Source of the DNA: Candidatus Latescibacterota bacterium
GTDB lineage: Bacteria; Latescibacterota; UBA2968; UBA8231
Assembly: GCA_965208105.1 (NCBI GenBank)
Contig: OZ242318.1
Coordinates: 2,944,001-3,008,000 of the forward strand
Reading direction: 5' to 3'
DNA: 64,000 nt
The translations under genes and the position numbers were made by a program. Positions 20,120-30,092 of this stretch are shown piece by piece (position 1 is the first letter of the stretch; every line of letters starts with the position of its first letter). The notes under the pieces are model-generated. The model worked only from the letters and a program-made list of their open reading frames with translations, was not told where the DNA came from and made no database searches.

Positions 20120-20449
20120 GATTAATCCTCCTTGTGGAAAGTTAGAAGGATTAACATGGTGATTTAAAACAACCTTGTCAAGTTCTGCAATTTCCGCATC
20201 CTTTGGCAAGCGCAAGAGATATTTTCGAAAGTACACGGGTAACCATTTCTCCTCCAATGATCATCTGGAGGAGGTGATCAGGTGTCTGAGATCGAAACCT
20301 CGATAAGGATCCTGGGAATGATCATTTCTGCAATCCAGGTATAAATGCACACTCTACAAAGGGTTATACCACAATCTGGCAAAAATCGCGTGCTGGGGGC
20401 AGAGAATTACCAAGATGGAGGGTAAGGAAAGGGATGAATGACAATGCAG

Positions 20450-20565
20450 ATTTATCATCAAAATGCGTGCGTTGGGGGTTCGATCCGTCCGAGGGAAGGC
20501 TGCGAGCCAAGTAGCAAGCAGATCGGGCGAACCGAGCAGCCCTACTTTCGGAGGAGACGGGAGGT
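20450..20565 (+). pseudogene. IS3-family OrfA (HTH) remnant
   Basis: Across a frameshift IIKMRALGV...GKAASQV|SKQIGRTEQPYFRRRRE resembles IIxKLRxAEV...KQIGVTEQTYYRWRKE. Confidence 0.45.
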
Positions 20566-20865
20566 GGCCTCATATCGCCTTGGCCTGCTGACCCTCGGAA
20601 CCAGATTCGGGCATGATCAACAGGATGGCTGAAAACTCATCCCCTCAGGGTGGCCCCTGTATACTTCCACTTCTACATTATCGACATTCCTCCACCACCC
20701 CGGAAACAATTCCGGTCATTGGGAGGAACAAGGCTTCCTCTACTCTTCTGAAAAGAAGATGCTCCACTGCTGTGAGCAAGAATATCGGTTTTTCGTCACG
20801 ATAAATGAGGAGAGAGAAAACACCGAATACAAACTGCAGATTCCAATCTCCAAGGACGTGTAGGC

Positions 20866-21651
20866 ATGGTTTTCAGCAGATATAGGTGTTTGTTTTTCCT
20901 GATCTTCTGTCTGCTCAATTCTCCCCTTCTGGCAGAAACCTGGATGGGCCTGGAAGTCGAGCAGGAGAACCGGTGCTCTGCCTATAACCGGAGCCGGGAC
21001 TATCCCTATTCCCAATCGCTGGAGCCTGCCATAGCCGCCCGGATGGGGGGCATTCGATGCCGATATACGGGCAAGATCTACCGGAGCTTGCGACAGACCG
21101 ACATCGAGCACGTAGTCGCCTTGAGCGAGGCCCACGACTCAGGCCTGTGCGCAGCTGATTCGGCCACGAAGCGGAGATTCGCCAACGATCTGTTGAATCT
21201 GACCTTATCTGATCCCGCCGTGAATCGCTACCAGAAGGGAGGGAAGGATGCCGGGGAATGGATTTCGAAGATTGATCCACGTGGGTTTGCCGAGACCATA
21301 ATCCGGGTGAAGCTTAAGTATGGCTTGAGCATTGATGAAACTGAGAGGGATGCCCTAGAGAAAGCCTTGGCAGGCGACTCACTCACAGTCCTTCCTGATT
21401 CCCTTGATGCCTTGGCGACTTCCCAGAAGGAGAAGAGTCCTCTCGACCTGTGGGACGATAATGGGAACGGCCAAATTACATGTGCTGAGGCGAGACGGCA
21501 TGGTATCGCTCCGGTTCCTCGAAACCATCCGGCATACGTCTTCATGAAGGATGGTGACGGTTGGGTCTGTGAGTGGTGGAATCGAAACCTCTATGGCGGC
21601 GGTGTTGGGGGTTGGAAATGGAGATTCGGAGGTAGTCCTTCGGATCGCTAA
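20866..21651 (+). CDS. Secreted HNH-type (DUF1524) nuclease with excalibur Ca-binding domain
   Basis: Signal peptide; DIEHVVALSEA, FANDLLNL, NRYQKGGKDAGEW; DDNGNGQITCAEAR...DGDGWVCE. Confidence 0.8.
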   Translation: MVFSRYRCLFFLIFCLLNSPLLAETWMGLEVEQENRCSAYNRSRDYPYSQSLEPAIAARMGGIRCRYTGKIYRSLRQTDIEHVVALSEAHDSGLCAADSATKRRFANDLLNLTLSDPAVNRYQKGGKDAGEWISKIDPRGFAETIIRVKLKYGLSIDETERDALEKALAGDSLTVLPDSLDALATSQKEKSPLDLWDDNGNGQITCAEARRHGIAPVPRNHPAYVFMKDGDGWVCEWWNRNLYGGGVGGWKWRFGGSPSDR

Positions 21652-22193
21652 TGCCCTTCAATCCCGGTTTCCTGCGGTGAGGGGAGGAGGGGAAAAAATA
21701 CCTTTCTCTTCATAATGTTATACCACATTTGGTGCGGAATTCGCGCGTGGGTATTGTAGAATATTCTTCGGACAAGGGGAGTTTGGATCCGTTGCCGGAA
21801 AGTGCTCTTTTGTACAGTATTGGCGTTTTGACTCGGGCGAGGCTTATATTTCGCCGGTATTCAGTTGCCCACCGAACAATGCCGGAAGGTTTCCCCCGGC
21901 TGACGGTGATTTCGGGATTGTAACATTGGCCCATGGAGGACCTTGTGCAGGGGACCCCCCGGGGACCCCCCTATAAGAAGATAAAACCTCAGATGTCGTG
22001 CCTCCGTTGAGGAGTATAGGAGTCCTCCATCTGAGAGGAAGCCGAATTGCTCCGGGAATCACCCTGAGCAGGGCAACTGGCTAAAGTATTCAGCATCCAA
22101 CAATTGATTCCACATCTTTCCCGGGCACGAAGAGGCAGGCGGAGTGGGGCATTGCTAGCGGCAATGATGATGGGATTCCAGCGAGATAAACTC

Positions 22194-24011
22194 ATGGAGA
22201 ATAATCCATTCCAGACCCGCGAGCCCTCGGTCAGTGACAACCCCCGTCTCCGCACACCCCAGCGGGAGGCATACGCCGAGCTTGCCCGTTTTGCTGGAAA
22301 CCCGGACGAGCAGGAGCGCGAGGTCGGAATCGTCCTGCCAGTCGGCTGCGGGAAATCAGGCTGCATCACGATTGCCCCTTTCGCCTTTCGCGCCACCCGC
22401 ACACTAGTCGTGGCCCCTGGCGTCAAGATTGCCCAGCAGCTTTACGATGACTTCGACCCTGCGCGCCCGGATATGTTTTACATCAAGTGTGGCGTCCTGA
22501 ACCGCCCACCTTATCCCGAGCCGGCGGAAATCCGGGGCGGGACCACAAACCGGACCGATCTGGAAGAAGCAGACGTTGTATTGACCAACATCCAGCAGCT
22601 GCAGGGCGACGAAAACCGCTGGCTCCAGAGTCTGCCGGACGGCTTCTTCGACCTCATCCTGTTCGACGAAGGACACCACAACGTCGCGCAGAGCTGGAGT
22701 ACCCTGAAAGCCAAGTTCAAGCAGGCCCAAATCGTCAATTTCAGCGCCACCCCACTGCGCGCCGACGGCCAACTCATGGCTGGACGCATGCTCTATTCCT
22801 ACCCGGTGTTTCGGGCTATTCAGGAAGGCTACGTCAAGCGCCTCAGGGCTATTGTCCTCAACCCCCAAACCCTCCGATATGTCCGCCGCGAGGACGAACA
22901 GGAGATCGAGGTCAGCCTTGAGGAGGTGCGTCGCCTTGGCGAGGAGGACGCCGATTTCCGACGCAGCATTGTGACCTCGTCCGAGACGCTCAACACGATA
23001 GTTGACGCTTCGATCCGTGAATTGGATAAGCGCCGTCAGGCTGCCGGCGACAACCGGCTCAAGATCATTGCGTCCGCGCTCAACTACGAGCACTGCCGCC
23101 AGATCGTGGAAGCGTATCGCTTCCGTGGCCGCCGCGCCGATTATGTACACTCACGAGAAGACAGCGTCGCCAACGAGCGGGTTCTACAGCGTCTCGAAAA
23201 TCACGACCTAGACGTGATCGTCCAGGTCCGCAAGCTCGGCGAGGGATTTAACCATCCCTTTCTTGCCGTCGCAGCGGTTTTCAGCATCTTCGCCAACCTC
23301 TCACCCTTCGTTCAGTTCGTTGGGCGCATAATGCGCGTCATCGAGGAAAACGCTCCCGACAGCGGCCTCAACCAAGGTAGCGTCGTCTTCCATGCTGGAG
23401 CAAACGTTGCCAGCAAGTGGACCGATTTCCAGGAATACAGCGAAGCCGACCGCGAGTACTTCGATCAGCTTCTCCCCATCGAGGGTCTCGATTTTAGCTC
23501 CGGCGACGAGCTTGAAGTGGAGCCCGCGTCCCGTGACTTCGGCGATGGCGAGCGCATTGACGTGCGCGGCCAGACGGCCATCCGGCTTGAAGAAATCCCC
23601 CTCATCGACGATCCCCAGGCTCTTGCCGCTCTTCAGATCCTTCTAGAGAAGGGCTACTCTTCAGACCAAGTGAAGCAGGCTTACGAGGAGCTTGAGCCTG
23701 TTCCAGTGACCCGCGTCCGGCAACGTCAGGCCATGCGCAGCAGCCTCGACATGCGCGTGCGCACAGAAACCGGACGAATTCTCCAGGAGCGCGGAGTCAG
23801 ACCGGGGGGTACGAATCTGGACAATCAGCGCCTTGGCAGAACCAATTTTGTCGTCCTGAAGGCTGCCATTGACCGGCAGGTGAACGCTGCCGTTGGCCGG
23901 CAGTCAAGGGAGCGTGGCGAGTTCACCCGGACGGAGCTGGACCAGATCGAACGGGATTTTGCGGGTATCGTCGCCCGCGCAGTACAGGAGGTCTTAGGTG
24001 CCGCGAATTAG
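22194..24011 (+). CDS. SF2 DExH-box helicase (ResIII-like) with no evident nuclease domain
   Basis: LRTPQRE, LPVGCGKS, DEGH, SAT, LGEGFN, QFVGRIMR. Confidence 0.9.
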   Translation: MENNPFQTREPSVSDNPRLRTPQREAYAELARFAGNPDEQEREVGIVLPVGCGKSGCITIAPFAFRATRTLVVAPGVKIAQQLYDDFDPARPDMFYIKCGVLNRPPYPEPAEIRGGTTNRTDLEEADVVLTNIQQLQGDENRWLQSLPDGFFDLILFDEGHHNVAQSWSTLKAKFKQAQIVNFSATPLRADGQLMAGRMLYSYPVFRAIQEGYVKRLRAIVLNPQTLRYVRREDEQEIEVSLEEVRRLGEEDADFRRSIVTSSETLNTIVDASIRELDKRRQAAGDNRLKIIASALNYEHCRQIVEAYRFRGRRADYVHSREDSVANERVLQRLENHDLDVIVQVRKLGEGFNHPFLAVAAVFSIFANLSPFVQFVGRIMRVIEENAPDSGLNQGSVVFHAGANVASKWTDFQEYSEADREYFDQLLPIEGLDFSSGDELEVEPASRDFGDGERIDVRGQTAIRLEEIPLIDDPQALAALQILLEKGYSSDQVKQAYEELEPVPVTRVRQRQAMRSSLDMRVRTETGRILQERGVRPGGTNLDNQRLGRTNFVVLKAAIDRQVNAAVGRQSRERGEFTRTELDQIERDFAGIVARAVQEVLGAAN

Positions 24012-24225
24012 ATCCCTTCTAATCCGAGCCAAGATGGACGAAGCTAAGCAAGCTCACAACTGCCAAGGCAATATCCGGCACCGCATCAAACGAGGTGAAA
24101 AGCGACTCAAGGTTCGCAACGGGAGGAGTTGGGATCACTACTGCCTCGAATGCGCCAAAACGATTGTCCTTCGCAACCTTGGCGAACTTGAAGCACTCGC
24201 TCGCGAACTGGGACTCGACCCGTGA
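23998..24225 (+). CDS. Small basic Zn-finger protein (PARP-type-like)
   Basis: AKQAHNCQGNIRHRIKRGEKRL...WDHYCLEC; SD AGGAGG inside the helicase end; 14-nt overlap. Confidence 0.7.
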   Translation: MPRIRSLLIRAKMDEAKQAHNCQGNIRHRIKRGEKRLKVRNGRSWDHYCLECAKTIVLRNLGELEALARELGLDP

Positions 24226-24637
24226 GACAGGGATTCGGCCAGCCTTGCGCGATCCCTTTCACACCTCACGGTGGCGGGATGCCCTCGCCGGAAACCTCGT
24301 AGTTCCCCAGCCGACACCTCAATCCATATTCCCTGAACGACTCAGGCACACCGATCCTGACTTCGAACTCCTGGTCATAACCTGCAGACCCCAGGGGGAT
24401 CATCCTCCCACCGATCAGAGCCAGGAGGTTCCCGCCCCCCGACGCGGATCTGAAATGCTTCCGCAGAGGCTTCGAATTCACCCAAGGAAACCGTCAAAAT
24501 TCCCAAATCAATCTTGTTAAATTTGCTTCGGTGTTTATTCTTGACAATGAACTCTCGTCCGCCTTCCTTAAAACTGCAAACCATTTTGTTGAATTTCTCT
24601 CTCTGGTTACAGAGGTAATTTGCCGTCGGAATACATC

Positions 24638-25861
24638 ATGGCTACATGTAAGGTCCTACCCGATCAAGTATCGGTGTCGCCAGGAAAAATTGGTGCCATT
24701 CCACGCCTCATGGAAATTCCATGGGATTTTCCCAACTCTAACACCGGATATCTCACCCACAATCTTCATCCCTACCCTGCGAAATTTATACCTCAGATTC
24801 CCAGCTCCCTAATTGAGGAATTGTCGTCCCCAGGTGAAACCATCGCTGACATTTTCTGTGGAAGCGGCACCACCCTTCTTGAAACCCTAAGACTTAATCG
24901 AAATGCCATCGGCATAGATGCGAATCCCCTTGCCGTTTTGATCAGCCGGGCGAAGACAACCTCCCTTACCAGGGTTGATTTTCAGCAATTGGCGACTCAC
25001 ATAACGGCCTGCGAGCAACTTTGGCAAAAAGTGTGTCCACCAGTTGGAGACCTTTTCCATAAAGAGAAACCGTTCCGGTCTCTCGGCTGGAGACCATCGC
25101 CCAGTGTTTGCGAATTCTGGTTTACCCCCCACGTAGTTGAAGAACTGGCCGAACTGGGTGATCTGATTGATCGACTGAACACCCCCGCCTCCAAACAGTT
25201 CTGTGCAGTTGTCCTTTCCGCAATCATCGTCTCAGTTTCAAACCAAGATTCCGACACTCGATACGTCCGCCGGAATAAGGGGTTGGCACCTGGGGATACG
25301 GTGCAACGATATCTGGCACAGCTTTCTTCTTCCGTTCAAGCCGCAAAAGAGATGAGCGCCTTAATCAATCGTCAATTTTCCTGCACCGTTCATGATGCCA
25401 ACCTCTTGGACGCCCCAATTACTGAGCCATTTGACCTTGTTGTGACCTCGCCGCCATATCCCAACGCTTATAGCTATCATCTCTACCATCGCACACGCCT
25501 CATTTGGCTCGGGTATGATCCAGAACTGTTAAAGAAGGTGGAGATTGGCAGTCACCGCAAATACAGTGCAAAGGGTCGAAATCGGGCGACTCCGGAGACA
25601 TTCCGCAACGAGTTTCGAAAGGTTTTCCACTGGTTGAGACACCGCCTTCGAACCCGCCGCCATGCCTGTTTCGTCATCGGTGATTCTACCATAAACGGTG
25701 AACTAATCGACAACGCGTCCATACTTTCCGAGACCGGTTCCGGCGCTGGATTTAAGGAGGTCGCACGAATCAAACGAACAATTGCGCCCACCAAGAAGGC
25801 GTTCAACCCCAAGATAGGGAGGATCAAAACGGAGAGTATCCTGATTCTTCAAAAGGAATAG
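24638..25861 (+). CDS. N4-cytosine DNA methyltransferase 1
   Basis: THNLHPYPAKF, DIFCGSGTT, TSPPY. Start uncertain (24620, 24638 or 24710). Confidence 0.88.
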   Translation: MATCKVLPDQVSVSPGKIGAIPRLMEIPWDFPNSNTGYLTHNLHPYPAKFIPQIPSSLIEELSSPGETIADIFCGSGTTLLETLRLNRNAIGIDANPLAVLISRAKTTSLTRVDFQQLATHITACEQLWQKVCPPVGDLFHKEKPFRSLGWRPSPSVCEFWFTPHVVEELAELGDLIDRLNTPASKQFCAVVLSAIIVSVSNQDSDTRYVRRNKGLAPGDTVQRYLAQLSSSVQAAKEMSALINRQFSCTVHDANLLDAPITEPFDLVVTSPPYPNAYSYHLYHRTRLIWLGYDPELLKKVEIGSHRKYSAKGRNRATPETFRNEFRKVFHWLRHRLRTRRHACFVIGDSTINGELIDNASILSETGSGAGFKEVARIKRTIAPTKKAFNPKIGRIKTESILILQKE

Positions 25862-25863
25862 AT

Positions 25864-27465
25864 ATGAGCGAACTTGCCTGCCAGATCAAAGAGTACATCC
25901 AGCCGTTTGAGCGCCGGCTAGCGCTTCAAGAGTTGCACGCTTTGACGGATGGCCCCGTTGCCCCGATCAATGGGAGTCAGGCAACCGCAACTGCTTTTTC
26001 CATCCCATCATCGAGCGACGCTGCCATCCTACGAGAGAGACTTGCCTACTGGCACTCAGTTGGCAATGGTTGTAGGGGACTAACCACCCAACTTCGGGTC
26101 GAAGCGACCTTGGGAATTGCTTCCAACGGCATGGCCATTGGCGAACTTCGGGAGACCGTAAGAAGGCTGATACCTTCGAGACTACCAAATAAGCGATGTC
26201 TTCGCTATGCCACCCACGGTTTGCACGAATACAGGGGCAAATTTTTCCCCCAACTTGTCCGAGCGTTCATGAATATTGCAAAGCTACCAAAGGATGCTGT
26301 TGTCCTTGATCCCATGTGCGGTAGCGGTACCACACTAGTCGAAGCAAGACTGTCCGGTCGAAAATGCTACGGGCTCGACATGAACCCCCTTTCAGTGTTC
26401 GTAAGCGATGTCAAGTGTCAAGCTCTCACCTTCCATCCCGAGGCCCTTGCAACTGCCTACGGTGAAATCACTGAGGCACTCAGTGGAAAACATTCGGCAC
26501 ACGAAGACCCCCTACGTTATCTCTCTCTGCCTGATCAAGATCGGGAATATCTTCAACGTTGGTTTCCTCCCCAGACTCTCAACGAGCTTAACTGTATCGA
26601 ATCCGCGATTAGCCGACTGCCCACCATGCCAATTCGGAACTTCTACCGGATTTGCCTGAGCAACATCCTGCGAGCCGTCTCTTGGCAAAAAACCGATGAT
26701 TTGCGAATTCGAAGGGAAAAATTTGAACCTTCAACGGGCGACACAATTGACCGCTTTCTCGATACCGCCGGGCGCTCAACAAGAACTGTCCTGGCGTTTT
26801 TACTTGAACGAGGGAAAAAGGGTGTAGGAACTCACAAAGTACAAGAGGCGGACGCACGCTCAGCGACGAGCGCGCTGCCGGAATTGGTTGACAAAGTAGA
26901 TGCAATAATCACCTCCCCCCCCTACGCGACGGCACTACCCTATATCGATACCGACCGGTTGAGCCTGGTTTATCTCGGCCTGCTACGAAGGGCGGATCAC
27001 CGAGCCCTGGATTCCCTTATGATCGGCAACAGAGAGGTGACGGACCGGATTCGCGCGGCGCAATGGGAGTTTTACGAGGAGAAAAGAACCTTACTCCCTC
27101 GAAACACCCGAACTATGATTGAGCGAATTGACCGCCTAAACAAGGAACGCCCTTCAGGATTTCGGAGGAAAAACCTATCTGCGCTTTTGTCCAAGTACTT
27201 TTTCGACATGCGTGAGGTATTGCAGCAAATGTTCCTTTTATTGCGGCCGGGTGGTGAAATGTTCCTGGTAATTGGGAACAACCGTACGACGGCTGGCGGC
27301 CAGGCAATTCAGATCCGCACAGCAAACCACCTAAAGGAAATTGCTCGCTCTCTTGATTTCCAGGTGGTGGAGGATCTGTCTATGGACATGCTTGTATCCC
27401 GAGATATTTTTAGAAATAATGCAGTCGCCTCGGAGCAGATTATAAGGTTTAAGAAACCTCAATAG
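25864..27465 (+). CDS. N4-cytosine DNA methyltransferase 2
   Basis: THGLHEYRGKFFPQ, DPMCGSGTT, TSPPY. Confidence 0.88.
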   Translation: MSELACQIKEYIQPFERRLALQELHALTDGPVAPINGSQATATAFSIPSSSDAAILRERLAYWHSVGNGCRGLTTQLRVEATLGIASNGMAIGELRETVRRLIPSRLPNKRCLRYATHGLHEYRGKFFPQLVRAFMNIAKLPKDAVVLDPMCGSGTTLVEARLSGRKCYGLDMNPLSVFVSDVKCQALTFHPEALATAYGEITEALSGKHSAHEDPLRYLSLPDQDREYLQRWFPPQTLNELNCIESAISRLPTMPIRNFYRICLSNILRAVSWQKTDDLRIRREKFEPSTGDTIDRFLDTAGRSTRTVLAFLLERGKKGVGTHKVQEADARSATSALPELVDKVDAIITSPPYATALPYIDTDRLSLVYLGLLRRADHRALDSLMIGNREVTDRIRAAQWEFYEEKRTLLPRNTRTMIERIDRLNKERPSGFRRKNLSALLSKYFFDMREVLQQMFLLLRPGGEMFLVIGNNRTTAGGQAIQIRTANHLKEIARSLDFQVVEDLSMDMLVSRDIFRNNAVASEQIIRFKKPQ

Positions 27466-28646
27466 TAGCCGTACCTTTTTCTTGAATTGCGAACATTCTC
27501 GGTACACAGGGAGAGACAGAAGGGGTATTGGCTCGACTCTTTGGGGATTACCTCAACAATATACTCATGGTTAGCCAGACCCTCTCTTTTTTCCATCCAC
27601 AGAATGTCGCCGATCCTTCCGGCACTGCGAAGTGCCTCGCTTCGCAACCTAAAATCGTGTTTATCAGGCCACGTCATCATATTTACCATGATTGACTTTC
27701 CTCTTAGGAGCATTCGGACATCCCGCCGATCAAATTTGCCGACCCTCTGTGGATCCGGTACGAAGCCTTCGGGCCAATTCCAGAATTCTGGGCTTGCGTT
27801 TCGGGCGCGGAGGGGAATAAATACCTCGGGTGATCGTTTTGAGGTTCCGGCTGAAGTCTGGCCCACGCCAACATCTGTGCGCTGAAGGATCATCACAAAA
27901 CCGGTGTGGCTATAGCCTGTGGATGGTGTTTCAGGAGTCCATGTGAGGCCGTCTCTTGCCACGGACTCCCCTTTACCTGAAGGTCTAAGGATTTGCGGAG
28001 CCCGGTTTTCAGTCCGGGCCTTGAACGGAACGAGCTTGCCTAACGGTGAGCCCTCGCCCTCCTCCGAGTCGACGGGGTCCCTGGCGGCCACCAATTCCAA
28101 GGGGATTAGGCCGATGGCTGTCAGATGATCCAGCAGGCCATGGTCAAGCTGACGAGCGGTACCAGTGGAAAGGTCTGCCCAGCCATCTAACATCTCCTCG
28201 ACCCCATGAAGGACCTTTGCGTGATCCGGGATCCCCAGATCCAATGAGAGGCGGAGTCCGGCTTCGTAGTTGGTGAATAACCCGCCTTCTGTAAGATTTC
28301 CCGACCCGATGATCACATCCGCGTTCGTAGCGGATTTGAAAAGATAGACCTTCGGGTGGAACGTCAAGGGTAGGCGATTATGGAATACAATTACGCGGTT
28401 GTTCGGGGAAAGCGCATCTAGCAAATCCCGTAGTCCCTCTGAAGACGTACCACGGTGATCAATACCGGCTATAATCTCGACCTGGGCACCTCGGGAAAAG
28501 GTCGCGAGCCTTTCCTTAACATGCCGAGTTCCCGAGAGCTTGACGAAGGCGATGGCAGCCCGAAAGTGAGTCCAAGCTCCCTCGAAGTTATTCAGAAGGT
28601 AGTCCCCGAGTCGGTTAGACCCTGATGGTTGATTGATAAATTCCAT
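27459..28646 (-). CDS. PLD (HKD)-family restriction endonuclease, NgoFVII/BfiI-like
   Basis: AIAFVKLSG, FHPKVYLF, GSGNLTEGGLFTNYEA; C-terminal beta-rich putative DNA-binding domain; convergent overlap with MTase 2. Confidence 0.8.
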   Translation of the reverse strand: MEFINQPSGSNRLGDYLLNNFEGAWTHFRAAIAFVKLSGTRHVKERLATFSRGAQVEIIAGIDHRGTSSEGLRDLLDALSPNNRVIVFHNRLPLTFHPKVYLFKSATNADVIIGSGNLTEGGLFTNYEAGLRLSLDLGIPDHAKVLHGVEEMLDGWADLSTGTARQLDHGLLDHLTAIGLIPLELVAARDPVDSEEGEGSPLGKLVPFKARTENRAPQILRPSGKGESVARDGLTWTPETPSTGYSHTGFVMILQRTDVGVGQTSAGTSKRSPEVFIPLRARNASPEFWNWPEGFVPDPQRVGKFDRRDVRMLLRGKSIMVNMMTWPDKHDFRLRSEALRSAGRIGDILWMEKREGLANHEYIVEVIPKESSQYPFCLSLCTENVRNSRKRYGYY

Positions 28647-28711
28647 GAAATCCAAAATCAATATTTAACCCCATTCACCCGTTGGAACCATCGCTTTGCC
28701 AGGGAGGTCAT

Positions 28712-29608
28712 CTACTTTTGCAGGAGCTCGGTTTCCTTTAATGACTGTGGAAGAATTTGAGGTTCGGGGAATCCGACATTCTCGATTAGAAAATCCGACA
28801 CTCCTGAGGACTCCTCTTCGTGATTCGTGCCCTTTGTTAGTTCAACGAAGCGATTACACACGAAGTTATGGTATCCGGCCATCCAACGATATTTCTCGTG
28901 TACTCGGGTCGCGGTTAAGGTTTCTTTGAGACTCTCTTCTACGACCCTTTTGTGATCAGCTAGTAATTGATACCAGATCGACTCATTAGGCCAATCATTG
29001 AATGCAAGGGATAAGTAATCAAGAAATAGTCGGTCATCATTATCCTGCAAAAGATTCCAGTAGTGTGGTGTTTCTTCGATACTCCCCGTGTAAAATCCAA
29101 CTTGCCGTTTTAGCCACTCCATGACAGACGAAGCGAGGACAATCCGTGGTGGGCCGCCAGCCTTTTCCATTTGCACAGCCTTGACCAAGGCATCACCAAA
29201 TGCGAAGTCGTTGTCCATGTAGTGAAGGCCTGCCGCTATACCACCGCGGACGGGAAACCCCTTGCTAGTGAGAAGTGCCTGATACATTCTCATCACCCAA
29301 AGGATCCATCCAAGTTCGGGTTCGCCTGCGTCATAGTCCGGTGCCTGCAACTCTTCCGAGATGACCAAGTTGTCGGTAAAAGTCCGTACCTGATAGGATG
29401 GTGGCAACGGCCCGAAAATCTTCTTCATTTCTTCCTGCCGAACCCACCGGTGTGCGCTGTTGATAGCAGAATACGCTTCCCTGATAAATTCCTCCCCGCG
29501 TCTATCACTGATGGCATTTAGGCTTCGATCACTCCAGCCCAAGATATCTGCGTGGCATACAATTGCCTTCCTCAACATAGGCTTTTCCGCTTCAATTTCC
29601 TTATTCAT
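28712..29608 (-). CDS. Divergent class III nucleotidyl-cyclase-like protein
   Basis: VCHADILGWS, FTDNLVI, VRGGIAAG, FGDALVKAVQME, PRIVL. Confidence 0.6.
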   Translation of the reverse strand: MNKEIEAEKPMLRKAIVCHADILGWSDRSLNAISDRRGEEFIREAYSAINSAHRWVRQEEMKKIFGPLPPSYQVRTFTDNLVISEELQAPDYDAGEPELGWILWVMRMYQALLTSKGFPVRGGIAAGLHYMDNDFAFGDALVKAVQMEKAGGPPRIVLASSVMEWLKRQVGFYTGSIEETPHYWNLLQDNDDRLFLDYLSLAFNDWPNESIWYQLLADHKRVVEESLKETLTATRVHEKYRWMAGYHNFVCNRFVELTKGTNHEEESSGVSDFLIENVGFPEPQILPQSLKETELLQK

Positions 29609-29736
29609 AAAGACCCCCTGTAAGTCCATTCAGCCGGAATCTAAACTGATGGAGGATATTGGCCACGCCCAGCCATCTGGTAGAGTTACGCGGTTTTTGG
29701 ACAGGTTTGACTTGAAATCTCCAGACATTCCTTCCA

Positions 29737-30092
29737 GTTGAGTAGCTCAGCCATTCGGCTTCGCCCTCACAGGTAGGCTCCGGTGGCAGTTCCACCGATT
29801 TCTCCGTGGGCCTCAGTCCGGCTCCCGGTTTCGGCTCGATGCTGTGCTCCGGTCTCCCTTGCACACCACCCTCATCGTTGACCGGACGATGGACCCATCC
29901 GGGCATCCTGGGTTCCGACGATTACCTTTCATAGAGGATGTAGTCCTCGACCCCGGCGGAGTACGGCCATCTCGCCTGGCGATGGCTGACTTGCTGCACC
30001 TCATATGACCCCTGTCTACGCTTCGGACCCCACGTTACCGTGACGCCCGCAAGACCCGGTCCCGGCCTACCCGCTACGGCTTTGGCCGGGTG
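29737..30092 (-). mobile_element. Internally deleted, ORF-less group II intron remnant
   Basis: Minus strand has AAGCCGTAGCGGGTAG...CTTGCGGGCGTCACGGTAACGTGGGGTCCGAAGCGTAGACAG (domain I-like), then a junction straight into CTGTGAGGGCGAAGCCGAATGGCTGAGCTACTCAAC (DVI end). Confidence 0.75.

Noticed and set aside
20474-20486. tRNA T-loop-like GGGGTTCGATCC as a possible att site
   Set aside because: It does not match the tRNA-Ser 3' end and lies inside an IS3 OrfA remnant.
21950-21972. GGGGACCCCCC tandem
   Set aside because: Two low-complexity copies only, with no associated element identified.
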